Shown here piece by piece: positions 38,120 through 48,940 of a stretch of DNA of 64,000 bases; within the stretch, counting starts at the first letter, position 1, and the number at the start of each line of letters is the position of its first letter. The DNA is taken from positions 1-64,000 of the IMG/VR virus record IMGVR_UViG_3300042511_000631; one strand, 5' to 3'. The stretch is from a virus. Made by a program: the position numbers and the translations under genes. Under the pieces are notes generated by a model. It saw only the letters and a list, made by a program, of their open reading frames with translations. It made no database searches and was not told where the DNA came from.

Positions 38120-39156
38120 GTCCTATCTTAGAACCATTAGACAACCCGCTAGTTGTAGCAACTTCAGCTACTAAAGCGGAGATTGCTGCTGCTGAAGCAA
38201 TTGAGCGTTGGAAACAAAATGAGTTAATTAGAACCGTATCGGAAGATATCGCAAATCAAACTCAATCTAGCTCTATATACAATGGTGCTGCGTTCCTAGC
38301 AACACAAGATAAGCCTAACTCAACGCAATCTTCTGCTATTGAGTACACGGGTACCCCTACCCCAATTGATTACAAGTTTAACTTGCCTCCGCACACTTGG
38401 AGCTTACCCCTGCGCCCAGGCGAAATTGAGCCAGAAATTGTGGGCTCTAGTACCGTTTACACAAATGATTCTTTCCATGGTTTCCGCCGTGGTCGCATTT
38501 GGTACTGGCAAACATCGGCTGATATCAGCAAAACTACTAGCGATAACTCTGCTGCTACCAGCGGAGCTGAGAAGCTATTACTTGACCGCAACTACGGCTT
38601 CCAGTTCCTATGGAACCCTGATGCTATCTCAGTAAACGTCTCTAGAAACATGGACATAACCCCAAACAGCGCCGATACTCTCCGCGTTGTAGCTGGTGTT
38701 TTTCCTGGTCAAGAAACCGTTTCTTTAACTATTGTTCTAGACCGCACTAATGACTTTGCTTACGCTAAAGCTACCGGTACTGGGGCCGCGGAGTACTACA
38801 CCGCAGGATTCCCATTAGCGGCAAAACAAGATTTTAATACACAACTAAAAACATTGTTAGAGCAAGGAACAATGGCGGACTTAGAATACCTTTTCCGCGC
38901 TATTAACGGTTCTGGCTCCGGAGACAAGCAGTGGACAACACTTTTAGGAAAGAAAACAGCAAACGTTGGTTACTTACAACCGACATTGCTTGGTGTGGCT
39001 CTTGGCCCAGATACCCAAAACAACTTGTCATATGTAGGTTGGATTTCTAACTTATCTATGAACCATACTGCCTTTACCCAAACTATGATCCCTCTAAGAA
39101 CAACAGTAACCATCTCACTCGAGTGCTTCTCTGGCTCAGGAATTACGGCGGGTTAA
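38116..39156 (+). CDS. baseplate tube-initiator-like protein
   Basis: FQFLWNPDAI; position after the tape measure gene. Confidence 0.6.
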   Translation: MSPILEPLDNPLVVATSATKAEIAAAEAIERWKQNELIRTVSEDIANQTQSSSIYNGAAFLATQDKPNSTQSSAIEYTGTPTPIDYKFNLPPHTWSLPLRPGEIEPEIVGSSTVYTNDSFHGFRRGRIWYWQTSADISKTTSDNSAATSGAEKLLLDRNYGFQFLWNPDAISVNVSRNMDITPNSADTLRVVAGVFPGQETVSLTIVLDRTNDFAYAKATGTGAAEYYTAGFPLAAKQDFNTQLKTLLEQGTMADLEYLFRAINGSGSGDKQWTTLLGKKTANVGYLQPTLLGVALGPDTQNNLSYVGWISNLSMNHTAFTQTMIPLRTTVTISLECFSGSGITAG

Positions 39157-39158
39157 AA

Positions 39159-39440
39159 ATGGCTATCTATCGCGGATCTCGTTACGAGTACTCAACTGTT
39201 GACTACTTTTCAACTACGGTAGAGGGTGCCGATGAGCCTGTCGTTTTTTACAGCTTTTCGGATCTTGGGTATGTTCGCTACTGGCAACACACGTATGTAG
39301 AAGGCGAACGTTTAGACCAGATTGCGTATAAGTACTACCAACGCCCTCAATTCTGGTGGATCATCCCTGAGTACAACCCGGAAATTACAGACTTAAACAA
39401 CATTCCCGCGGGAACCGTTTTAAGAGTGCCAAATGTTTAA
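39159..39440 (+). CDS. LysM/gpX-like baseplate protein
   Basis: GERLDQIAYKYY....WWII...NP.....IPAGTVLRVP. Confidence 0.8.
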   Translation: MAIYRGSRYEYSTVDYFSTTVEGADEPVVFYSFSDLGYVRYWQHTYVEGERLDQIAYKYYQRPQFWWIIPEYNPEITDLNNIPAGTVLRVPNV

Positions 39441-40779
39441 TTACATAAAGGTAAACTTCCCTGACTCAGATATACAACCAGAGGTTGTTTACTCTGCCAC
39501 TATCTCTCAAAGCCGGTTTGCCCACGAAACCGCGGTAGTAAAATTTAGAGACTGGAACGTTCAATACGACATCGTAGCTCCAGGCACACCTGTCCAACTA
39601 ACCCTTTATGGCATGAAAAACCGTAGAGAGTTTTATGGCTATGTGCACCACATTACCCCTGACCAAAGCCCAGGAAAAAACTTTACAGAAGTTGTAATTA
39701 TTGGGGCATCTTTTCCCATGAAACAACAATCTCAAACTATTTATAAAAACACTACAGCTGATCAAGTCATTCAGTCAATTGCTACAAAATACAATTTTGT
39801 TGCCTATACCGTTCCGCATCCACGCATTTACCCACAGGTGTCCCAAGCTGGCCACACTGATTGGGAATTTATGGTCCGTTTAGCTATGCAATCTGGGTAC
39901 TCTTTGCGTACAGAGAACACCGAACTTTATTTTCAACCCGTTATGGACGACTTTACAAATTACAGAGAAAGCGCCCCTAAGTTTATTATGCGACAAGCCA
40001 CCGATCCGGACGGCTCAACCATTTACTCTTTTAAACCTATTATTGGTGAGTCATTAGACTTTAAGGACTCAACTAAAGCGGCTGTTGCAATCAGCGGCGT
40101 AAATCAAAATGATGGCACTAGAATGGCCATTACCACTCAAATTAGAAATATTAAAACTAGAAAAAAGCAACAAATTGAGTTTTTTGACAAATTTGATACT
40201 TCTGTAGTCGCATCAGATATTCAAACAGCTAGCTTTGAAGCAAAAGCTGCTGAAGACAAAAACTACTTTCCATATCGAGCTACTGTAGAAGTTTTAGGCG
40301 ACCCTACCTTGCGCCCAGACTTGCCTGTATTTTTAGAGGGCATCGGGGACAACTATTCTGGTTACTGGGTCATTTTAAATACAGAGCATAAGATTATTGA
40401 AACTGAGCGGAATCAACAGACCTACACAACTGTGTTAACTGTAGGTATTGACTCTTTAGGCGCCGCTGCGTCGTGGAGTGACAACAAGACAATAAACTCC
40501 CCTGACTACATTCCGCGTAGAAAAATTATTCCGGGCGTAAAACAAACAAAGGTTGTTCCCGCTACCGCCTTAAACACCGTATCTCCTGCTGCGAGTCCTC
40601 AGCTAAAAAGCAGCTTTGGAACTTTACAAAATAGATCAAAGCCAAGCCTTAACCGCCGAGATCAATCCCCAACAGTTTGGAAGAGCACTACCTCTTCGCT
40701 TAATAACATAATTGTAGAAACTAAAAAGTCTCCAATTATCCTTGATCGGTTGCTAAAACGAGCGGCGTCTAACTTATGA
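39433..40779 (+). CDS. baseplate hub (gp27/gpD-like)
   Basis: Q...TDWEFMVRLA, GDPTLRP, YSGYW. Confidence 0.8.
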   Translation: MFNYIKVNFPDSDIQPEVVYSATISQSRFAHETAVVKFRDWNVQYDIVAPGTPVQLTLYGMKNRREFYGYVHHITPDQSPGKNFTEVVIIGASFPMKQQSQTIYKNTTADQVIQSIATKYNFVAYTVPHPRIYPQVSQAGHTDWEFMVRLAMQSGYSLRTENTELYFQPVMDDFTNYRESAPKFIMRQATDPDGSTIYSFKPIIGESLDFKDSTKAAVAISGVNQNDGTRMAITTQIRNIKTRKKQQIEFFDKFDTSVVASDIQTASFEAKAAEDKNYFPYRATVEVLGDPTLRPDLPVFLEGIGDNYSGYWVILNTEHKIIETERNQQTYTTVLTVGIDSLGAAASWSDNKTINSPDYIPRRKIIPGVKQTKVVPATALNTVSPAASPQLKSSFGTLQNRSKPSLNRRDQSPTVWKSTTSSLNNIIVETKKSPIILDRLLKRAASNL

Positions 40780-41018
40780 CCTTTGACAAGCGTTTTTATG
40801 GACTATATAAAGGTATTGTTGTAGACAACAACGACCTAGAGTTGCGAAAGCGCCTTACGGTTAAGGTTCCTCAAGTAACTGGGGACGCTGTAACGGGTTG
40901 GGCCGAAGTCTGCATCAATGGTAGCGGGGTTACCGCGCCAAGTGTAAACGACGTTGTATGGATATCCTACATAGCAGGAGACCCTAATTTTCCAGTATGG
41001 ATAGGAGTAACTACATGA
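40776..41018 (+). CDS. baseplate spike gp5/gpV N-terminal OB-fold protein
   Basis: YKGIVVDNND...VKVPQV, P.VNDVVW....GDPNFPVWIG. Confidence 0.85.
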   Translation: MTFDKRFYGLYKGIVVDNNDLELRKRLTVKVPQVTGDAVTGWAEVCINGSGVTAPSVNDVVWISYIAGDPNFPVWIGVTT

Positions 41019-41422
41019 TTGAAAAAGCAATAACGTTGCCTTTTTCCTTTGATTCAACCGGGGCGGTATCGCACTCAACGGATCAAAAGAAAATATTACA
41101 AGACCGCGTTGTTCTTGTGGTTATGACCAAATTAAGAGAACGAGTAATGCGTCCTACATTTGGCAGCGAAGCTAGTAACTCATTGTTTGAGAACGTAGAC
41201 TCAGCCGCAAATATGATCCGTCAAACTATTGGCGCGGCGTTCTCTAATTGGCTAAAAGGTTTACTTTTGACCAACGTTGAAATTTATGTAGATCCTTCTG
41301 AAGGCTATTTAATTGCGGAAGTGTTCTATAAGATTGATCTACAAGAGAATGAGCAAAGTGTAAGGATAAAAACGGCTATCCTTAGCCGAACAGGCGACGT
41401 ACTTCTGGAGGTAAATAACTAA
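41015..41422 (+). CDS. baseplate wedge gp25-like protein
   Basis: ERVMRPTFGS. Confidence 0.88.
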   Translation: MIEKAITLPFSFDSTGAVSHSTDQKKILQDRVVLVVMTKLRERVMRPTFGSEASNSLFENVDSAANMIRQTIGAAFSNWLKGLLLTNVEIYVDPSEGYLIAEVFYKIDLQENEQSVRIKTAILSRTGDVLLEVNN

Positions 41423-43170
41423 TGGCTACTAACTACATACCGCAGGTGGATTACACCTCCCGCGATTACTCGTCTATTCGCCAAGATTTGATTGATTTAA
41501 TCCCAGAATTTACCCCTACTTGGACTAACCGCGATCCAGCTGACTTTGGTATTACTATCTTAGAGATGTTCTCTTACATGGGTGACATTTTAAATTACTA
41601 TATTGATAAATCAGCTAACGAAGCATTTATTAGCACAGCTAGCCAACGCGACAGCGTGCTCCAGTTGGCTAAGCTTTTGGGATACACCCCAACAACCAGC
41701 ACAGCTTCTACTGTTACATTAACTTTTGCCGACACCCGCGGTGGTACCCCAGCTACCGCTTTTGTGGTGCCAGCTTTGACTCAGGTAGCAACATCTGCGG
41801 TAACAGATAGCAATACAAATCAAATTGTTTTTGAAACCAATTCTGCCGTAACCGTGCCCATAAACGGAACAATTACAGTTTCCGCCAAACAGGGCAAAAC
41901 TATCGGGATCTCTCCTGTGGAAAAAATTGGTGAGTCTAACGGACAAGCTAACCAAGTATTTAAATTAGCTCAATCGCCTGTAATTAACGGCAGTATTTCA
42001 GTCACTGTTGGCGGGGTTAACTATTACGAAGTTTCTTATTTAATTGACTACAATAGCTACGACCCAGTGTTCTCTACCTACACAAACGCCGATAGCGTCA
42101 CATATGTTTTGTTTGGCGATAACATCAGCGGCCGTATTCCACCAAATAACGCAGAAATTTTTGCCGTATACCGTATTGGCGGAGGCGCCGAAGGTAACGT
42201 AGCAGCAGGCACAATTAAATCTATTATTAGCCAAGCTGCTATTACACCTACTGCTTCTGGTTTAACTGTGCTTAACCAGTACATATCTGCCGCTAATGAC
42301 GGCTCAGCTTCTGGCGGAGCTGACGCGGAGTCTACTGACTCTATTCGTATTAACGCTCCGTTAAGCTTACGCGCTTTAAACCGCGCCGTATCTCTATCTG
42401 ACTATTCAGCTCTTTGTGTACAAGTTAGCGGTATTGCAAAAGCCATAGCTATTGCTGAAATTTATAGCAGCATTACTGTGTTCTTTGCTCCTTACGGTGA
42501 TCGCGGAGTAGAATCTGACAACGTAACCCCTACCGCAACCTTTAATACACTAAAGGCGACAGTACTAAGTTATATGGCTGACAAAGTTCCAGCTAACACC
42601 ACAATTACATTCCAACCACCAAGCTATGTAACTGCGCTAATAGACGCAAACGTTACATGCCTACCTCAATACAAACAAAACTTAGTAGAGGCCGGCGTAA
42701 ACACAATCTTGGCAGAACTATTTGCTTTTGACAACGTAGCGTTTGCTGACCGCATTACCCTACAAGATGTAATGTCTGCTATTTCATCTGTAGATGGTGT
42801 GGCGTACTCGCAAATAACAAAACTTGTCCGCGAAGATGAAGACATCACATTAACCGTAACCAACAAGGTTCTTTCATCAAATGTAGCAACATTAACTGTA
42901 GGTTCCTCACACGGCATTACTGTTGGAAATACAATTCTGGTTTCTGGAGTAGACGCTACGTTTAACGGTACGTTTGTAGTTACCGCAGTAGCATCCACTA
43001 CAATTTCTTATGTATGTATTGCTACTAACGTGTCTTCTACCGTAGTCTCCATTACTGATGGTGTAACAGTGCTAAAAGTTACTGACATCTTATGTTTAAC
43101 AAATGAAATCCCAGAGATTGACTACGAAACAAATCTTAATTTGACATTAACGGGAGGTATTCTTAACTAA
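41422..43170 (+). CDS. baseplate wedge J/gp6-like protein
   Basis: DYTSRDY, DFG...LE.FSY, GGADAES, RAVSLSDY. Confidence 0.88.
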   Translation: MATNYIPQVDYTSRDYSSIRQDLIDLIPEFTPTWTNRDPADFGITILEMFSYMGDILNYYIDKSANEAFISTASQRDSVLQLAKLLGYTPTTSTASTVTLTFADTRGGTPATAFVVPALTQVATSAVTDSNTNQIVFETNSAVTVPINGTITVSAKQGKTIGISPVEKIGESNGQANQVFKLAQSPVINGSISVTVGGVNYYEVSYLIDYNSYDPVFSTYTNADSVTYVLFGDNISGRIPPNNAEIFAVYRIGGGAEGNVAAGTIKSIISQAAITPTASGLTVLNQYISAANDGSASGGADAESTDSIRINAPLSLRALNRAVSLSDYSALCVQVSGIAKAIAIAEIYSSITVFFAPYGDRGVESDNVTPTATFNTLKATVLSYMADKVPANTTITFQPPSYVTALIDANVTCLPQYKQNLVEAGVNTILAELFAFDNVAFADRITLQDVMSAISSVDGVAYSQITKLVREDEDITLTVTNKVLSSNVATLTVGSSHGITVGNTILVSGVDATFNGTFVVTAVASTTISYVCIATNVSSTVVSITDGVTVLKVTDILCLTNEIPEIDYETNLNLTLTGGILN

Positions 43171-45704
43171 TGTCACGTTACGGTATTAATTATTACGGCT
43201 TAAGTACGTACGGCTCTTCCGCCGCCGTTCAGTACGTAGCTGGGGCTTTTACTGCCCAATCTAGAGGGTACGGGTTTATACGTATTGAATGGGAAAACCC
43301 ATCTGGCGCGTGGTCAAATGTTCGGTTAATAAGAAACTCTTACGGTTACCCCGTAAACGCGTATGACGGCGACGTATTAGTCAATGCGGCAAGAGAAAAC
43401 AATTTAACAGAGTATGACGATTCAACGTTAGCAAAAGGCGCATTTTATTACTACTCTTTATTTTTGTATGACACCTTAACTTATAGCTGGGTTCGTGCGG
43501 GAAATGTAACGGGAGTATCTGTAAAAAATTACAATTACGGTGCCAATATGTACAAATACATGCCGGACATTTACAAACTTACTCAAGCCTACGTGGCCTC
43601 ATCCGAATGGGATAACGACGACCTTTACAACTTTTTATCTTTATTTGGATTTCAACTTGACCACGCTCACACAATAACTAATTTATTAGTAAATCGGTAC
43701 GACTTAGAAAAAGTTGGCGGAGTTCTAATCCCGTCATTACTACAGCAGTTTGGCTTAACGTACGAGCCTGAAATTGGTTACCAGCAATCCCGCATCCTTG
43801 TACGTGACGCAGTTCAAATTGGCAAGAAAAAGGGAAGCGCAGAAGGCTTGCGTCAATTTATGAAAGCTTTTACAGGGTACGCAGTACCTCAACCAATTGC
43901 TGGAACCCCAAATCCAAGTGTAGACGGATTAGTGGTAGGCGAAAATATAATGCTTGATTACAACGATTCTTCATTTGAAGAGTCCGTTGGGCAATGGGCT
44001 TCATCTGACAGTACGGCTACCTTGACCCATTTAAAAAAGATGGACATTACAGCCGTATCTTTAACCTCTAACGTTGTCCGTTTAATTATTGGATCTCATG
44101 CGTTTAAAGTTGGAAACAAAATTAACACCTCTGGGTTTACTTACCCACTGTTTAACACGTTAGGTACTCAAAAGACTATTACCGCAATTGATGCTACGTC
44201 AATTTATTTTGCGTTAACTGCCAACGATGTGGCGCAACTACCGGCGTATAACAACTCCACTTCAAGTTACCCAGTAGTTATTCCCTACCCAACACCTTGG
44301 GATGAGCCAACAACTTTAACTCAATACCCAAATAAACAAAACGGTATTTTGGCTATAAAAAATAGCACGGCGTCAACAGCTACAATTAAAATTGAATGCG
44401 GGTTGCTTAACCCTGTTCTAAAAGGCGTTCCAGTAACCACAGGTTTAAATTATGTGTTTAGTGTGTACTCAGCTGCTGGGTCTACTCTTAAAGGAATTGT
44501 TCTTAAAATTAGATGGTATAGCCGTCTAGGTGATTTTCTTTCAGAGTCAACAGGCAGCTCAGTAAATAACGTAGTTGGCGATTTCTCAGCTCGTCCTGTT
44601 GTTTCGGACGGTGCCCCAGCTGACGCTTATTACGCTGTACCTGTAATAACAGTTGTTAGCGCCGGAGCAACATCGCTTAATGAATACCATTATTTTGATT
44701 GCGCTCAATTTGAACAATCAGCTTCAGTCACAGACTTTGATGAAGCGCGCCAAATACATATGACGTTAAGAGCTTCTAGAATTAACGAATTGCTAAACCC
44801 TCACTTTGCCTCACCGTTAACCCCCTGGGCGGTTACAGGAGCATCAACTTCCGTAGATGCAACAACAAAAGAGCCAGACGTTGACGTATTCTCAATTGCC
44901 TTTAAATCTTTAACTTCAAATGTAGCAATGCTTGAAACATCCGTAAGTCACAACTTGCGTCCGGGAGATGTAGTTGTCGTAAGCGGGGTTGGCGCACCAT
45001 TTGATGGAACTAAAACTATAGCAACAGTTAGAGTTAACGCGGCTAACCCAACGCAAGTGTCAAAAACTTTTACCTACGCTGTTACAAACACAAATATTGT
45101 TAGAGTGGCCGCAACAGGTACAACTTATAAATCTGGAGATGCTTTAAAACTTACCGCCTCTGGCACGTCGGTGTTAGTAAAATCAACAACAACAACTGCA
45201 GATTTAATGCCAATCCATTACCCAAGCACCTCTTACACATTTAGCGTATACGCTCAAGTTGCAACGGGAACAGAAACTGTAACCCCGGCTATTGTTTGGT
45301 ATGACTCTTCTAAAGTTGCAATAGGTTCACCTATATCTGGAACCGCTACAGCAATTACCGCAACAGGTACTGCTTGGAATCGCCCATCTGTAACAGCCAT
45401 CGCACCAAGCAACGCAGCATACGCGCACGTGCAACTGTCATGGACAGCTGTAATTGGCGAAGAACTTTGGCTTGATGCAGCTTTGTTTGAAAACACTTCA
45501 TCAATATCAACATACTTTGATGGAAGCTACGGCCCAGCTACAGCTAACGACTTGTTTTGGGAAGGCGGGGTAGTAGGTGGTTCCCGCAGCCATTACTACA
45601 AGCATCGGTACGCTATTCAAGATCGTTTGGCGGGAGCAGCGTTAGACTCTCAGTTAAACACGGGAACCACTGTAGCTATTTACTTGGCTCAACCAAAAAC
45701 GTAG
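43170..45704 (+). CDS. baseplate wedge/tail protein (P2 gpI/gp7-like) with carbohydrate-binding-like domains
   Basis: KKGSAEGL; DSSFEESVG and YTFSVY CBM-like repeats. Confidence 0.7.
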   Translation: MSRYGINYYGLSTYGSSAAVQYVAGAFTAQSRGYGFIRIEWENPSGAWSNVRLIRNSYGYPVNAYDGDVLVNAARENNLTEYDDSTLAKGAFYYYSLFLYDTLTYSWVRAGNVTGVSVKNYNYGANMYKYMPDIYKLTQAYVASSEWDNDDLYNFLSLFGFQLDHAHTITNLLVNRYDLEKVGGVLIPSLLQQFGLTYEPEIGYQQSRILVRDAVQIGKKKGSAEGLRQFMKAFTGYAVPQPIAGTPNPSVDGLVVGENIMLDYNDSSFEESVGQWASSDSTATLTHLKKMDITAVSLTSNVVRLIIGSHAFKVGNKINTSGFTYPLFNTLGTQKTITAIDATSIYFALTANDVAQLPAYNNSTSSYPVVIPYPTPWDEPTTLTQYPNKQNGILAIKNSTASTATIKIECGLLNPVLKGVPVTTGLNYVFSVYSAAGSTLKGIVLKIRWYSRLGDFLSESTGSSVNNVVGDFSARPVVSDGAPADAYYAVPVITVVSAGATSLNEYHYFDCAQFEQSASVTDFDEARQIHMTLRASRINELLNPHFASPLTPWAVTGASTSVDATTKEPDVDVFSIAFKSLTSNVAMLETSVSHNLRPGDVVVVSGVGAPFDGTKTIATVRVNAANPTQVSKTFTYAVTNTNIVRVAATGTTYKSGDALKLTASGTSVLVKSTTTTADLMPIHYPSTSYTFSVYAQVATGTETVTPAIVWYDSSKVAIGSPISGTATAITATGTAWNRPSVTAIAPSNAAYAHVQLSWTAVIGEELWLDAALFENTSSISTYFDGSYGPATANDLFWEGGVVGGSRSHYYKHRYAIQDRLAGAALDSQLNTGTTVAIYLAQPKT

Positions 45705-45716
45705 TAGGATGAGAGT

Positions 45717-45998
45717 ATGTTAAACCTCATACTCATTGGATGTTTTACTGCGTTTTTACTTGCCGCTCTTGGTCCTTTAATGGATATTTTAAGCATGTTT
45801 ATAGACAGTTTAATCCTCACCGCGTTTGCTTCTCTTGTCTTTTCTTTGGGGGCAACTTTGTTGTTAGGTACCCCGGACTATAGGTCAGCTACTGTCACAG
45901 TTGTTGCTGGCGCCTTTCTAGGATCTCTATTTTTAGCTTTGGCTGAACGCGTAGCTACCTACAAACCAGCCGTAATTAACCCCACTAGGACAAATTAA
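45717..45998 (+). CDS. small multi-TM membrane protein
   Basis: About 3 hydrophobic helices; TAGGAT-N6-ATG leaderless start. Confidence 0.7.
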   Translation: MLNLILIGCFTAFLLAALGPLMDILSMFIDSLILTAFASLVFSLGATLLLGTPDYRSATVTVVAGAFLGSLFLALAERVATYKPAVINPTRTN

Positions 45999-46038
45999 AA
46001 AAAATGTGTAGGGTAGGGACTCTTAAAGAGGAGACCTT

Positions 46039-46662
46039 ATGGAAAAGCATTATGTTGTAATTGCGGGTAATGGTGAAACTAGCCGCGCAAACCTTGAAGC
46101 CCTTATGGAAGACTACTTTTACACAAAAGGCGCAGACGGAATAGTCACAGTTCACATTGTTGTGGAAGGCGCGTTAAGCCCCGGAAAAACTTTTGCTACG
46201 CAGTACTCAGAAAGCAAGGGCAAAGAAGTTTTTCAACTGGGCGTAAAAGACAGTCTACAAAAAGCGGATCGAGTAAATACGTCCTGTTTCATCCTGTGGT
46301 CTGATGAAGACTCAGAGTGCCAGAAAGTTTTGGCGGTAGCCACCCAAATGGGGATCCCATGCTTTGACTTGACCGAAGGTCTTCTCCCAATCACCGCATC
46401 TAACGGAATCAAGGCTGCGGTGGAACCCGTGATCCCAGTACAGGAAACCTTGACCCCGCCAGTTGTTGAGGAGCCTTACGTTGAACCTGAGGATGAGGAT
46501 GTTGAAGAAGACGGCGAAGAGGAAGAAGCCGAGTACGACGAGGAAGACATGGATAGCCTCTATTTCGGCGTGGAGGCCATTGCCAAGATATTTGCAAAAG
46601 CTATGGTTAAGGAATTGACCGAGCAGGGTGTTTTAAAGCCTTCCAAGGCACCTGAGGCATGA
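46039..46662 (+). CDS. hypothetical protein with acidic C-terminus
   Basis: GAGGAG RBS. Confidence 0.75.
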   Translation: MEKHYVVIAGNGETSRANLEALMEDYFYTKGADGIVTVHIVVEGALSPGKTFATQYSESKGKEVFQLGVKDSLQKADRVNTSCFILWSDEDSECQKVLAVATQMGIPCFDLTEGLLPITASNGIKAAVEPVIPVQETLTPPVVEEPYVEPEDEDVEEDGEEEEAEYDEEDMDSLYFGVEAIAKIFAKAMVKELTEQGVLKPSKAPEA

Positions 46663-47531
46663 TTTCAGCCCGAGCCCTAGGCATCCTTTTGGAAATCGCT
46701 TCTACAGGCCTCCAAGGCGGTGCTGACACCCTTTCTCTCCATTTTAAAGAGGGGCGTGACGCCTGCCAGTCTGCCCTGACCGAACTACGCAAGGCCGGTC
46801 TGATAGAGACCAAAACCAACAAGTTCAATGGCGGGTTTAGCCGGTCAATTGAGGTCACGGAGCTAGGATTTACTTTCCTGGAAAGCCGTATAAGTATAAC
46901 CCTGAAAAGCCGTACATCCATACTGCTGTCACAGCCTAATAGCATATTAAGCACTAATAGCTTATTAGCAAATAAGCAAGAAATAGTACCCGACGGGGTC
47001 GGGGATGAAGAATTTTACAAGGTCGATTTAAAAACGGGAGGCGAAATGGATTTCTTAGGGCAAATGGATTTAGACCCTGATGACCGCGAGGAACAACTTC
47101 GCAAAGGGCGAGAACGCCGAAAGCTGGATTATCAAGACGCCAAGCAGCAAAAGCACGATGCTATGGTTGCTACAGCTGAAAATCGTTTACCGGCGATGTG
47201 GTCGACCAACCAAAGCTCATCGGAGTTCATCAAGCGCCTTGAGGACATGTGGCATGTAAAACCTTGGACTGTCAGTCAAGCCCCCTTCAGAGCATCCCTA
47301 GCCAACGCTAGAAAGGCCTACGACACAGACGGCGAGATTGAGATTTTGATGATGGATTTGTATTTTAAGCAGATTGCTCATGAAACTTCTATTGACAACC
47401 CTGAGCATATTTGGCGAAGATTCATCCAACAATTTAGCTCACTTGCGATTGAGGCAAAACGGTCTAGGGTTACCGACGACGATATTGAAACTGAAAAGAT
47501 TAAAGCCGCAAAGTCTTGGGAAGGTATTTAA
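46659..47531 (+). CDS. putative replication initiator (N-terminal wHTH)
   Basis: ARALGIL...EGRDA..SALTELRKAGLI; directly upstream of a DnaC-like ATPase. Confidence 0.7.
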   Translation: MISARALGILLEIASTGLQGGADTLSLHFKEGRDACQSALTELRKAGLIETKTNKFNGGFSRSIEVTELGFTFLESRISITLKSRTSILLSQPNSILSTNSLLANKQEIVPDGVGDEEFYKVDLKTGGEMDFLGQMDLDPDDREEQLRKGRERRKLDYQDAKQQKHDAMVATAENRLPAMWSTNQSSSEFIKRLEDMWHVKPWTVSQAPFRASLANARKAYDTDGEIEILMMDLYFKQIAHETSIDNPEHIWRRFIQQFSSLAIEAKRSRVTDDDIETEKIKAAKSWEGI

Positions 47532-48220
47532 TGTTTAATGTTAAAGATCTAAAGGTTCGTCGCCGATCTTGGGTACAAAGCGCGTCTATTCCTAGCGCCC
47601 GTGTGGGTTGGACGGTTGAGGATTGCGTAGATGTAGACAAGGATGACATTGAATCTATCCGCCGTTGGATGTCAACGGTTGAGTCGGGAAAGGTCATCCG
47701 CGCTGTCGGATCAAAGTTTTGTGGCAAAGGGTTACTTTTATACGGCCAACCGGGTCGCGGAAAGTCCACATTAGCTTTGGCTGTGATTCAAGACATGATG
47801 AGAACGTTTCCGTTAGAGGCTTTTGCTCCAGCTGAACACGGGGTAGTTATCCGCCCTTGTTATTTTGCAACTTTTAACAGCATTTTAGACTTAAAGGGGT
47901 CTTTAATGGGAGACCCTTCAATTGAAGAGCAAATAATTTATAACGGAATACTTGGGGAGTGCCAAGACGATGCTTATAACATACGAGTATTGATTATCGA
48001 CGATCTAGGTAAAGAACACGCTAGTTTGTCTGGTTGGCAAAAGAATTTACTTCATCACGTGTTAAGAACCCGCTTTAACAACGGATTGCCTACTATTGTC
48101 ACCACGAACATCAAACGCGATGATTGGGGAGGGCTCTACGGTGACGCAACTGAAAGCTTTGCAAACGAAGCTTTTGTTTATATGCCCATTGCTGTCACTA
48201 AAGGAGACCTACGTAAATGA
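47531..48220 (+). CDS. DnaC/IstB-like helicase loader ATPase
   Basis: GQPGRGKS, LIIDDLGKE, PTIVTTN. Confidence 0.88.
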   Translation: MFNVKDLKVRRRSWVQSASIPSARVGWTVEDCVDVDKDDIESIRRWMSTVESGKVIRAVGSKFCGKGLLLYGQPGRGKSTLALAVIQDMMRTFPLEAFAPAEHGVVIRPCYFATFNSILDLKGSLMGDPSIEEQIIYNGILGECQDDAYNIRVLIIDDLGKEHASLSGWQKNLLHHVLRTRFNNGLPTIVTTNIKRDDWGGLYGDATESFANEAFVYMPIAVTKGDLRK

Positions 48221-48531
48221 GCGAGTTCCAAATGACTGATGATTATCGTTTAGTTCAAGTGTTCTTGCCGCAAAACACAACCACCGGCCCTGGAATTTAT
48301 GAAGTGTCTATAAATGATACTGATGGTTTTTACTGTACTTGCCCGGGTTACTCTGGACGCGCTATATGTAAACATGTTAAGTTTGTCAGAGCGCGGATTG
48401 ATACTAATAACGGAACTTACCCGTTAGAGATATCTAGTAGAGCTACTATGGATGACGCCGATAAAGCTAAAACATCCAACAAAGAGTTCCGGCAATTTAT
48501 TATAAAATTTGGCAAGGTAGAGGTTATCTAA
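48217..48531 (+). CDS. SWIM zinc-finger protein
   Basis: CTCP.......CKH. Confidence 0.8.
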   Translation: MSEFQMTDDYRLVQVFLPQNTTTGPGIYEVSINDTDGFYCTCPGYSGRAICKHVKFVRARIDTNNGTYPLEISSRATMDDADKAKTSNKEFRQFIIKFGKVEVI

Positions 48532-48532
48532 C

Positions 48533-48940
48533 TTGCGAAACGGGGATATCAGCAACGAGCTCCCCAAAAGAATACTTGTAGTAAGTGACATATTCTTAAC
48601 TGTAGAGCTCACGTTTAAAAAAGTATTAAAAGTTTTTCCTGTCGCAAAAATTGATAAAAAGATTCGTCGTGACATTTTAAGTTATCTCTACTTGTACACC
48701 ACTAAACAAGGTGTTACTTTAGAACTTGTATCGTATGAGTTATCCGATGATGATCTAGCAAAAGTAATTGATATGCTTGACGACATGGGTACTAACCCGT
48801 TTAGATACTTCTCAGCGTACGAATCAGTGAACCATCTAGTAGCGGAATTGCCTTATCGTCCAGAAGTTGTTGGTGTGCTTGATACACCAGAGCGACTGTT
48901 ACGTTATGGCCATTGGGGATTGGACTTTAATAGACTATGA
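48533..48940 (+). CDS. hypothetical protein
   Basis: ORF coupled to dnaB. Confidence 0.7.
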   Translation: MRNGDISNELPKRILVVSDIFLTVELTFKKVLKVFPVAKIDKKIRRDILSYLYLYTTKQGVTLELVSYELSDDDLAKVIDMLDDMGTNPFRYFSAYESVNHLVAELPYRPEVVGVLDTPERLLRYGHWGLDFNRL

